Positions 38,923-47,546 of a stretch of DNA of 64,000 nt are shown here, piece after piece. Under the pieces are notes generated by a model that saw nothing but the letters and a program-made list of their open reading frames with translations, was not told where the DNA came from and ran no database searches. The stretch spans positions 32,001-96,000 of the forward strand of contig CAXXFK010000015.1 in NCBI GenBank assembly GCA_963663965.2. The letters run 5' to 3'. Position 1 is the first letter of the stretch. Each line of letters starts with the position of its first letter. Source of the DNA: Sedimentisphaerales bacterium (GTDB lineage Bacteria > Planctomycetota > Phycisphaerae > Sedimentisphaerales > SM23-30). The position numbers and the translations under genes are program-made.

Positions 38923-41315
38923 TCAGATGGAAATATTATTGCCTTATCCTGTTAAGTTTGGTTGCGTTGATTATTATTGGCTGCGCGATGCCGAATATAT
39001 CCCAAACCGGGCAAACCTATCAAGGATTTTCATCATCAGACCAGAAAACGCAAACAGATTCTGAATCTGAAAATTCTGAGGAAAAGGCTATTCAAGAGCA
39101 GATTCTTACAGAGCGTATTTTACAAGCAGAAAGAGAAAAATTATTATATCAAGAGCCTCCCCTTGAATCGAGAGTACCCGACATACTATATGGTGCAGAT
39201 CCAAATCCTGGACAGAATTATATTTCAAACCGATATCGTTTCCCAACACAAGAAGAATGGAATAGAATTAAAGACTCACGTGGCGGCATGATGGGTGGTG
39301 GATTGGATTATATGACTAATCTCGACACACCCCAAATCAGATCCAGGGCTATGCCTTATAGGGCTAACCGTCAATCCGGGATACAAGAACTGATGCAAAA
39401 TGGTGAATTGCTGCAACTTTTGGATAAGGACAGTTATGAGGTCTGGGTATTGATTAAACCTGAAGCGTTTGAGTATCAGGAACAATCGGGTCATTGCGGG
39501 GCGATGACGACCCTGGTTGAGGAGAAGGAGGTGCCTTTACCATTGAAGCATACGGATGTTCGTGGCCAGGTCAGCGGGTATATTGCCACGGTGTCGGTTA
39601 CGCAGCAGTTTCATAATCCGTTCGATAAAAAGATTGAGGCGGTTTACGTCTTTCCATTGCCGCAGAACGCGGCAGTGAATGAATTTGTGATGACAATTGG
39701 CGACCGGAAGATCCGCGGGATTATCCGAGAACGCCAAGAGGCAGAGCAAATCTATCGAGAGGCCCGTCAACAGGGGTTCCGGGCGGCATTACTGAATCAG
39801 GAACGGCCCAATATCTTTACGCAGAAGGTGGCGAATATCGAGCCGGGCAAGGAGATTGATGTCAATATCCATTATTTCAATACTCTGGCCTATCGGGAGG
39901 GGTGGTATGAATTCGTTTTTCCGATGGTAGTCGGGCCCCGGTATAATCCGGCGGGATCTACAGATGGCGTTGGCGCAGTGGCCCGTGATCAAACCGGCGC
40001 TTCGGGACAGGATACCGAAGTGACCTATCTGGCGCCTACGGAACGCAGCGGGCATGATATCGACCTGCAATTGACAATTGACGCAGGCGTCGCAATTGAA
40101 GAGGTGGAATGCCTCAGTCACGCGATTGTCAAGGAGAGTCTGGATAATAACCAGGTGGCCGTACGAATCAATCCGAGAGACCGTATTCCGAACAAGGATT
40201 TTGTCTTGAGATATCGCGTGGCGGGAGACCGGGTAAAAAGTTCCTTGCTGACCCATAACGATCCACGAGGGAATTATTTTACGTTGATGTTGTATCCGCC
40301 TGATGATCTGAAAAGGCTCAAGCGTGCGCCGATGGAGATGATTTTTGTGCTGGATTGTTCGGGCAGTATGGGCGGACGGCCGATCGAACTGGCCAAAGGC
40401 GCTATTATCCGGGCTTTGCAACAATTGGAGGATGGTGATAGCTTTCAGGTGATTCGTTTTTCCAATGACGCATCACAACTGGGAGCCCAGCCATTAAAAG
40501 CCACTGATACGAATATCCGAAAGGCCATCAAGTACGTGGAAGCATTGGAGGGCCAGGGCGGGACGGAGATGATTGAAGGGATCAAAGCGGCATTGGATTT
40601 TGACCATGATCCGAAGCGGTTGCGAGTGGTATCCTTCATGACGGATGGTTATATCGGTAATGAGGCTGATATTCTGGCGGCGGTCCACGAGAAAGTGGGC
40701 GGAAGCCGTATCTTCAGTTTTGGGGTCGGGTCATCGGTCAACCGATTCCTGCTTGAACGAATGGCAGGGCTGGGCCGGGGCGCGGTGGCTTATATTACTT
40801 TGAATGATCCAGTTGTCGATGTGGTCGATCGATTCTACGAATGCATCAGTCACCCGGCCCTGACCGATATCCAGATCGACTGGGGCGCTATGCAGGTCAG
40901 CGATGTTTATCCTGCGAAAATGAGTGACCTGTTCGTCGGACGACCGGTGATTATTACCGGGAAATACCAGGGACAGGGCCGGAGCGTGATCCGAATCTCG
41001 GGCAATGTCGGGCCGTATGAACACAGTTTTACGGTTCCGGTTGACCTGGATCATCCGGGGCAGCATGAAGGGATCGCCTGTGTATGGGCACGCAAGAAGA
41101 TCGAACAACTCAATAATCACTATCTGGCGATTCAGGAGCCGGGCCTGCCTGAGCAGATTCAGTCGGTGGCGCTGGAATATGGCCTGATGAGCGCCTATAC
41201 CAGCTTTATCGCGGTTGACAGCGCCTATCGCACTGAAGGAGATCATGGCATTTCACTGGCGGTGCCGGTACCAGTCCCTGACGGCGTTCGTTATGAGACT
41301 ACTATTCAACAATAA
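38919..41315 (+). CDS. VIT + vWA domain lipoprotein (inter-alpha-trypsin-inhibitor-like)
   Basis: Lipobox IIGC; VIT EAVYVFPLP...NIFTQKVANIEPG; MIDAS DCSGS, GGT, TDG; ATGA overlap with upstream gene. Confidence 0.9.
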   Translation: MIRWKYYCLILLSLVALIIIGCAMPNISQTGQTYQGFSSSDQKTQTDSESENSEEKAIQEQILTERILQAEREKLLYQEPPLESRVPDILYGADPNPGQNYISNRYRFPTQEEWNRIKDSRGGMMGGGLDYMTNLDTPQIRSRAMPYRANRQSGIQELMQNGELLQLLDKDSYEVWVLIKPEAFEYQEQSGHCGAMTTLVEEKEVPLPLKHTDVRGQVSGYIATVSVTQQFHNPFDKKIEAVYVFPLPQNAAVNEFVMTIGDRKIRGIIRERQEAEQIYREARQQGFRAALLNQERPNIFTQKVANIEPGKEIDVNIHYFNTLAYREGWYEFVFPMVVGPRYNPAGSTDGVGAVARDQTGASGQDTEVTYLAPTERSGHDIDLQLTIDAGVAIEEVECLSHAIVKESLDNNQVAVRINPRDRIPNKDFVLRYRVAGDRVKSSLLTHNDPRGNYFTLMLYPPDDLKRLKRAPMEMIFVLDCSGSMGGRPIELAKGAIIRALQQLEDGDSFQVIRFSNDASQLGAQPLKATDTNIRKAIKYVEALEGQGGTEMIEGIKAALDFDHDPKRLRVVSFMTDGYIGNEADILAAVHEKVGGSRIFSFGVGSSVNRFLLERMAGLGRGAVAYITLNDPVVDVVDRFYECISHPALTDIQIDWGAMQVSDVYPAKMSDLFVGRPVIITGKYQGQGRSVIRISGNVGPYEHSFTVPVDLDHPGQHEGIACVWARKKIEQLNNHYLAIQEPGLPEQIQSVALEYGLMSAYTSFIAVDSAYRTEGDHGISLAVPVPVPDGVRYETTIQQ

Positions 41316-41328
41316 CCTGGAGCAAATT

Positions 41329-41784
41329 ATGAAAGCAATTTTTCGGATCTTTACTTTAACGCTGTGTGTTATTCTATTAACGGGATGTCATACAATGCGA
41401 GAGCAGCGTACTCTTGTCACTGCTGAAAACTATAACACCATCTGCGATATGGCGTGGACCCTGCAAACGATGACACTCGATGGTGTGGACTATGACCTGA
41501 AAGAGACTGGCTCCTTTCTGCAATTTTCGCAGGATGGCAAGGTCTCGGGCAAGGCTCCGGTCAACCGGTTGTTTGGTTCGATGGCAATCGACAATCAAGG
41601 GCAGGTGACATGGCCGAAGGTATTTGGAACCACCCGAATGGCCGGACCTGAAGAAGCGATGAAACTGGAATCCAGTTTTCTGGCGGCGCTGCCGAAAACA
41701 GCACACATCACCAGAGATGGACTGGTCCTTTATATTTCCAGCCTGGATAACCAAACTAAACTGGTTTTTATCGTTCTGCCGTAA
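41329..41784 (+). CDS. META-domain (HslJ-like) lipoprotein
   Basis: Lipobox LTGC; WTLQTM, LQFSQDGKVSGKAPVNRLFG, TTRMA; start reassigned to ATG 41329. Confidence 0.85.
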   Translation: MKAIFRIFTLTLCVILLTGCHTMREQRTLVTAENYNTICDMAWTLQTMTLDGVDYDLKETGSFLQFSQDGKVSGKAPVNRLFGSMAIDNQGQVTWPKVFGTTRMAGPEEAMKLESSFLAALPKTAHITRDGLVLYISSLDNQTKLVFIVLP

Positions 41785-41896
41785 GATATCAATCATCGTG
41801 AACGCTTAAAGTTTATTCATATGTTTTATTGGCAGATTTTATTATATATTATTGATCTATTATATTAATTTTTTGAATCATCATAGGAGTTTTATC

Positions 41897-42673
41897 ATGA
41901 ATAGAAACATTATTACCAGGATTACAATTATTGCCTTTATGTTTTCCTTGATATCCGGATGCTCGCATTATATCGCTCCCAATATGGGAGTGGATATGAA
42001 GCTGTTTTTTGATGAAAGCCAGTATGAGTGGCCGGATTCGAATACTTTATCGCTGACGTTAAAGCCCAAAGCGAGCGTACCAGCCCGGATTGCCATCGCA
42101 CGGGTGCAGTCGCCGGGTTACCATGAGTACGCTGCCAAGTCATTTGGCCAGGGTAATTACAGTATTGTCACGGTACGGGATATCGAAGAGGACAGCGATA
42201 TCGAAGCGATGCAAAAACTGGATGACATTGAAGGATTGTTTTATCTGAACCGGATGATGCTCGGTTCACAGAAACTGGATACTGACCGGGAACTGCGGGT
42301 GGCGGCGGCACGAATGGGCGCTGAGTGGCTTTTGATTTATACGGTGGAAACCGATTACCTGTCGGAAGACATGTCCAAACCGCTGAGTGTGATCAGCCTG
42401 GGAATATCGCCGACTGTAGTGGTGAATATGGATTGCTCGGTACCGGCGATATTAATGGATACCCAGACGGGTTATGTTTACAGCGCAATGGAAGGAACCG
42501 CTCGACACAAACAGCTATGTGCCTGGTGGACCAACCAGAGCGCCATCGATCAGTCACGCCGCCAGGCCGAACGAGAAGCCTTTAAGGATCTGGTCACCCA
42601 GTTTAAGAGTAGCTGGCCGCAGATTGTCACTGGACGAAAATTGGTTTCTACGGAAATCAGTCTAAATCAATAG
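41897..42673 (+). CDS. Lipoprotein of unknown function
   Basis: Lipobox ISGC; alpha/beta pattern PARIAIARVQ...LRVAAARMGAEWLLIY...LMDTQTG loosely like CsgG/rhombotarget-lipoprotein folds; AGGAG RBS. Confidence 0.75.
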   Translation: MNRNIITRITIIAFMFSLISGCSHYIAPNMGVDMKLFFDESQYEWPDSNTLSLTLKPKASVPARIAIARVQSPGYHEYAAKSFGQGNYSIVTVRDIEEDSDIEAMQKLDDIEGLFYLNRMMLGSQKLDTDRELRVAAARMGAEWLLIYTVETDYLSEDMSKPLSVISLGISPTVVVNMDCSVPAILMDTQTGYVYSAMEGTARHKQLCAWWTNQSAIDQSRRQAEREAFKDLVTQFKSSWPQIVTGRKLVSTEISLNQ

Positions 42674-42758
42674 ACTGGACTGGCCGTAAATGTATTCGGA
42701 TGTTTAACTAAAAATTCCACAGGGTTCTCAAATTGCTACCAAAATTAAACAGCCAAAC

Positions 42759-42785
42759 CACTAATCAACACAAATAGACACCAAT
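42759..42785. repeat. Three 10-bp-period CACNAAT repeats
   Basis: CACTAAT-caa-CACAAAT-aga-CACCAAT. Confidence 0.55.
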
Positions 42786-42907
42786 AAGAGCCTGTGGCTA
42801 GAATAACCAGGCAATGAAACTGATACTTTGTTTCTCAAGAAGATTACATAATCGTTTATTGCGATTTAATCCACTTTTATAAATAGGGTTATGGACGAAT
42901 TTGGTGT

Positions 42908-43224
42908 CATTGGGTTCGTTTGGCGCAGCCAATTATCTCATCATAAGCGTATTCCGTCATATCACACATTGGCTTCGTTCGGTAGCCGGGAGATGTTATA
43001 TTCATACCAGTATCAAGGTCATATTAGTTGCCCCCCAACTTTAGAGGGGTAACTATCCCTGTAATTCTCTGGCTAATATGGACAGGTCGGCTTCAATCGA
43101 TAAATGCCAAAATTTGTTCCAAATAGTATGAAATCGTGAAGTGAATCACCGGCAATTTGATTATAAGATATTATAATCATGATGGTTATGAACGGAATTG
43201 AGTTCATTGGCTTCGTTTCGCAAA
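42908..43224. repeat. Dispersed direct repeats CATTGGSTTCGTT in non-coding DNA
   Basis: Copies start at 42908, 42967 and 43205; degenerate copy at 43085. Confidence 0.7.
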
Positions 43225-43583
43225 TGACCCTATCAATTAGAGCAAAGGACGGCTGAAAATTATTTAGTTTTCAAAGAACATAACGACACAATTTACCGCT
43301 TATTTAATAGCCTTGTCGATAGGAAAAGTCCAGTGATTATTCGATTATTTTCTGCTAGAAACCATCTTTTTAACAAGTTGCTTTATCTTATTGATAGTAA
43401 ACTATTTACAGATTCAGAATTCTTAACCTGATGAGTGTTTTTTCCATATCAGACCATAATCAGCAAATAACTTTGAATCAGGTAAGTTATGTTATTAGTA
43501 CTTAAGTATTTGATAGCAAACGGATAAAATCGGGTATCCGTTTTGCTGTGTGAGTTATTGTTCCCGGTTAAGAAGGTTAAGCT

Positions 43584-46265
43584 ATGGTTAAGGCACGAAT
43601 AATCCGGTTCATGACAGTGGTGGTGGCCGGGATCATGGTCCATGCGGTTGCGGCCAAGACTTTGATTGAGTGGGATTTCAGTAAGGGAACTCAGGGCTGG
43701 ACCGGAAACCAGATGGTCAAGCCATTACGGGTGACTGATGAAGGTATTGTTGTTGAGTCGGAGGGAAATGATCCATGGATTGAAGGGCCGGGAGTTGATA
43801 TACCGGCCGGTTATGTAGCCAAGGTGATCATCCGGGCACGAACCAGCGCCGATGGGTATGGGCAAGTATTCTTTGGGCCGTCCTTCACAGCGGAACGAGC
43901 GAGAAACGTTCTCTTGGATCCTGATGACCAGTGGCATGAATACCATGTGATTGTCGCGGGTGGTCTGGGACCGAAAACACGGTTCCGGTTCGATCCGTGT
44001 ACCAATGTCGGGCAGACGATTGTCAAGTCGATTCGTATTGACTTAATCGCCGAAGCCAAACCGCCGGTCTGGAATAAACCGCGTCGAATTGCTACGGAAT
44101 CCGCATCATCGGCCTGTGGCACAGATCGGCTTGGATTACGATTTTCGGAGGATTTCTGGGGATCGTTTTCTGTACTGGTGAATGGACGGAATATGGCGTC
44201 GGGGTACTCCGGTGAACAGGTCAGCGTTCTGGTTAACGATCAAATCGAACATATCCCGCTGGAGGGAATCCGGGCAAAGGTTACGAAAGAAGGCCCGGTT
44301 CTGGAAACGCGTGTCCGATTCCGCGATAGTGGTCAGGCCAACTGGCAGTTGAGCCGGCGGTTTGAACCAATGGCCGACGGTGGCGCGATCAAAGTCACGG
44401 TGAGTGTAGCCGTGGATAAAGACCGGGGATTGTTGGGGATGCCCTGGCTGACTCTGCTGGGTGGATTTGGAACTTATGGAACCCACAAACATCAGGCGGT
44501 TTTTGCCGGATTGGAATACCTGGGTGATGAACCCTCGAGCAGTCAAGCGGATCTGACCGTATCTGCGCATGTGAGACGGATTCCCGATCCGATAAAAATC
44601 ACTTTTCCGTTGATGGCGATTGAACATGAAGGCAGCTATGTCGGATTGATCTGGGAGAAGTCGCCGCTGGTGGCGGCGGGATTCGATTCTCCTGATACCT
44701 TGTTTGGATCGGGGGCCCAGGTCATGTGGCTTTCGGGGCCGAATGTGGGGCCGTTGCGGTTTGAAAACGATTTGATCGGTCATTCGCCGATGGATGTTAA
44801 AGCCGGTCAATCTCTGGTTATAAACGCCTGGATCATCGGGGGTAAGGGTGACAGTGTGGTTCCGGCAGTACAGCAGTATACCTCACTTTGCGGTTTTCCC
44901 GAGTTGCCTCATTTTGAGGGCGGTTATGCCCAAGCGACTGAACGGCTGGCGCATGGCTGGCTGGATTCCGGGGCAAATTGCGATTTTCTGTTTCGCCATG
45001 CCGTCTGGGGCAGCAGTTTCGGGCCGGGTCCTGCCGCTGACGCGGCGATGTATATGCACTGGCTGGCAGGAACAGTCAACGATGCAGCACTGGCAGAACG
45101 GCTGCGTCAAGGCGTCAACACAACCTTAAGTAAACTGAGTCCGGGCGATTTATTTAATAGCGGCGTATCGCATGTTCGACTGCTGACGCCCTCGCTGCTA
45201 TTTGGCCGGGTTGATGAACTGGTCCAGTTGCGCCGACGCGAAGCGCTGGCCCAACTGAAGCGATTCGACAACCAGGGACGATTGATATATGAACCAGTGA
45301 ATGGCCGGGAAGACTATGGCAAGACCCATTTTGCCAATCATGCCAATGGATATGGCGGGGTTCATCTGGCCAATATTCTGGAAAATGCCGCCTTATGCGG
45401 CGATAAGGACCTGACCCAATCCGCCCTGGCATTGCTGGATAAACAGGCCGCGCTTTATGCCAATAGTGTGCCACGAGGCGGGCAGACCTGGGAGATTCCA
45501 TTGCATACCCCGGATATCATGGCATCGGCCCATATGACTAAGGCCTATGTTTACGGGTATCTACTCAGCAATAAAGCGGAGTACCTGGACGAGGCGCGTT
45601 ACTGGGCGTGGACGGGAGTGCCATTTGTTTACCTGGTCAATCCGACCGATGGTCCGGTTGGGGATTATGCCACGATTGCCGTACTGGGAGCTACCAGTTG
45701 GGTGGCCCCGATCTGGCTGGGGCAGCCGGTCCAATGGTGCGGTCTGGTTTACGGGGCCTCGCTGGACCTGCTGGCGGATTATGATCCGGAGGGTCCATGG
45801 CGACGATTATCCAGCGGGATCACGATAACCGGAATGCAGATGAGCTGGCCGGAGAGCGATACGGTCCGACAGGGATTACTGCCGGACTTTTATCATTTGC
45901 GCCGACAGGTGAGTGATGGTCCGGCAATTAATCCGGGAACGGTGGGTTCGCATCTTCCCGAGGCATTTGGTCAGGCGCCATTATATGTATTAAAAAAAAT
46001 CAAGAGCCGCCCGTGGCTGCTGCACGCTCCCTGTGACATCAGTGAGATACGGGAAACACCCCAAAAGGTTTCATTTCGGAGTCATGGGGTCGGTGAAGAT
46101 GGGTATTATCTGCTGCTGAGTGGGTGTAGGAAAGAACCGGAAGAGATTACTTTTTCACCACAAAGTTCCGGCTCGGAGAAATTTTCATATCAATACTATG
46201 AGCCGGGATTCCTGGTTATTCAGGTTAAAGGGGATACGACTGTCACTATCGAAACTGTGAAATAA
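43584..46265 (+). CDS. Large secreted protein of unknown family, possible carbohydrate-active enzyme
   Basis: Signal peptide, N-terminal CBM-like module (EWDF...DPWI...RFRFDP), beta-rich middle, aromatic-rich helical C-terminal half. Confidence 0.7.
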   Translation: MVKARIIRFMTVVVAGIMVHAVAAKTLIEWDFSKGTQGWTGNQMVKPLRVTDEGIVVESEGNDPWIEGPGVDIPAGYVAKVIIRARTSADGYGQVFFGPSFTAERARNVLLDPDDQWHEYHVIVAGGLGPKTRFRFDPCTNVGQTIVKSIRIDLIAEAKPPVWNKPRRIATESASSACGTDRLGLRFSEDFWGSFSVLVNGRNMASGYSGEQVSVLVNDQIEHIPLEGIRAKVTKEGPVLETRVRFRDSGQANWQLSRRFEPMADGGAIKVTVSVAVDKDRGLLGMPWLTLLGGFGTYGTHKHQAVFAGLEYLGDEPSSSQADLTVSAHVRRIPDPIKITFPLMAIEHEGSYVGLIWEKSPLVAAGFDSPDTLFGSGAQVMWLSGPNVGPLRFENDLIGHSPMDVKAGQSLVINAWIIGGKGDSVVPAVQQYTSLCGFPELPHFEGGYAQATERLAHGWLDSGANCDFLFRHAVWGSSFGPGPAADAAMYMHWLAGTVNDAALAERLRQGVNTTLSKLSPGDLFNSGVSHVRLLTPSLLFGRVDELVQLRRREALAQLKRFDNQGRLIYEPVNGREDYGKTHFANHANGYGGVHLANILENAALCGDKDLTQSALALLDKQAALYANSVPRGGQTWEIPLHTPDIMASAHMTKAYVYGYLLSNKAEYLDEARYWAWTGVPFVYLVNPTDGPVGDYATIAVLGATSWVAPIWLGQPVQWCGLVYGASLDLLADYDPEGPWRRLSSGITITGMQMSWPESDTVRQGLLPDFYHLRRQVSDGPAINPGTVGSHLPEAFGQAPLYVLKKIKSRPWLLHAPCDISEIRETPQKVSFRSHGVGEDGYYLLLSGCRKEPEEITFSPQSSGSEKFSYQYYEPGFLVIQVKGDTTVTIETVK

Positions 46266-46272
46266 CGAGTTA

Positions 46273-46306
46273 TGGCCCGGGTGGTTTTCGATACTTGCCC
46301 GGGCCA
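46273..46306. terminator. GC-rich hairpin between convergent genes
   Basis: TGGCCCGGGT...GCCCGGGCCA inverted repeat. Confidence 0.6.
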
Positions 46307-46330
46307 AACATTTTCCCTGGGTATTGATGA

Positions 46331-46669
46331 TTAATGATCGCAGACGTTTTGTCCGGGTTTGAGAACGCCCTGCATCCAGGCATGAACCAGGTTGTCAGGG
46401 GTGTTGGCCGGAGCGCCGACGAGGACATCGATCTGATTTTGCTGGAAGAGCTGCTGGGCCCGCTGGCCCATACCGCCGGCAATAATCATTTGCGCGCCCC
46501 TTTCCGCCAGCCAGCGCGGTAAGAGGCCAGGTTCATGGGGCGGCGGGGTAACCATTTCGGTGGCGATGATGGTTTTCTGATCGGGATCGACGGTTACCAG
46601 GGCAAATTGTTCACAATGCCCAAAGTGCATACAGAGCTGTCCATCGGCAGTTGGGATGGCAATTTTCAT
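46331..46669 (-). CDS. NifB/NifX-family cofactor-binding domain protein
   Basis: KIAIP, HFGHC, PPHEPG, IIAGGMG, C-terminal CDH. Confidence 0.9.
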   Translation of the reverse strand: MKIAIPTADGQLCMHFGHCEQFALVTVDPDQKTIIATEMVTPPPHEPGLLPRWLAERGAQMIIAGGMGQRAQQLFQQNQIDVLVGAPANTPDNLVHAWMQGVLKPGQNVCDH

Positions 46670-46706
46670 GGAATATACTCCTGAGAAAGATTTAAACTAG
46701 GAATTA

Positions 46707-47543
46707 TTATTGGTTGGTCTTATTGATTATTGTTGAAACAATATTTTCGAGTTTGGTTTTAATTAATGCTGAGCTATTGGAATCGTTGACGGTCTGGCCG
46801 GAATCGGCGCCTTCGGCAATTGCGGGGTCAATGGGCAATGAGCCCAACAGGTCGATTTGAGCCTGGGAAGCCAGTTCACTACCGCCATTATTCGATCCGA
46901 AAATACGGACCTGATTACCACAATGCGGACAGGGCAAAAAAGCCATATTTTCGATAAGGCCATAAATGGGCAAATTAAGTTGACGACAAAACGTCACACA
47001 ACGTCGGACATCGTCGATAGCGATTTGCTGAGGGGTGGTTACGAGGACGGCAGCAGCGCCTTTACCAACGAGTTGCGCCGCACTTAAGGGTTCGTCGCCG
47101 GTACCGGGAGGCGCATCGATAATCAGATAATCCAGATCGCCCCAGCGGGTATCGGCCAGCAGTTTCTGGATAACCGAGTTTTTCATGGGACCGCGCCAGA
47201 TAACGGCGTTGTCGGCATGATCCAGCAGAAACGCAACCGACATGACTTTCAGCTGTTCAGATACCTGCAGAGGGACAATCTGTTCATTTTCAACGTAGCA
47301 ATGGCGGCCTGCCAGGCCAACCATACGGGGAACGGTGGGACCATGCAGATCGACATCGAGCAATCCAACCTGAAAACCCTGGCGGGCCAGTTCGCTAGCA
47401 AGATTGACCGCGACCGTTGTTTTGCCTACGCCGCCCTTTCCGGATAGAACCAGAATTTTATTTTTAATCGCCGCCATCGAATCTTGAAGCTTTCGGGCAT
47501 CGGTATGCGGATGGGTTGCGGAACTGGAAGGCTGTTGAGTCAT
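46707..47543 (-). CDS. Mrp/NBP35 (ApbC) Fe-S cluster carrier ATPase
   Basis: SGKGGVGKTT, DVDLHGP, VIWRGP, WGDLDYLIIDAPPGTGDE, ENM, CPHC. Confidence 0.93.
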   Translation of the reverse strand: MTQQPSSSATHPHTDARKLQDSMAAIKNKILVLSGKGGVGKTTVAVNLASELARQGFQVGLLDVDLHGPTVPRMVGLAGRHCYVENEQIVPLQVSEQLKVMSVAFLLDHADNAVIWRGPMKNSVIQKLLADTRWGDLDYLIIDAPPGTGDEPLSAAQLVGKGAAAVLVTTPQQIAIDDVRRCVTFCRQLNLPIYGLIENMAFLPCPHCGNQVRIFGSNNGGSELASQAQIDLLGSLPIDPAIAEGADSGQTVNDSNSSALIKTKLENIVSTIINKTNQ

Positions 47544-47546
47544 GGA

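Noticed and set aside
42908..43224. CRISPR array
   Set aside because: Only 13-bp cores, irregular occupancy and no cas genes; kept as an unexplained repeat.
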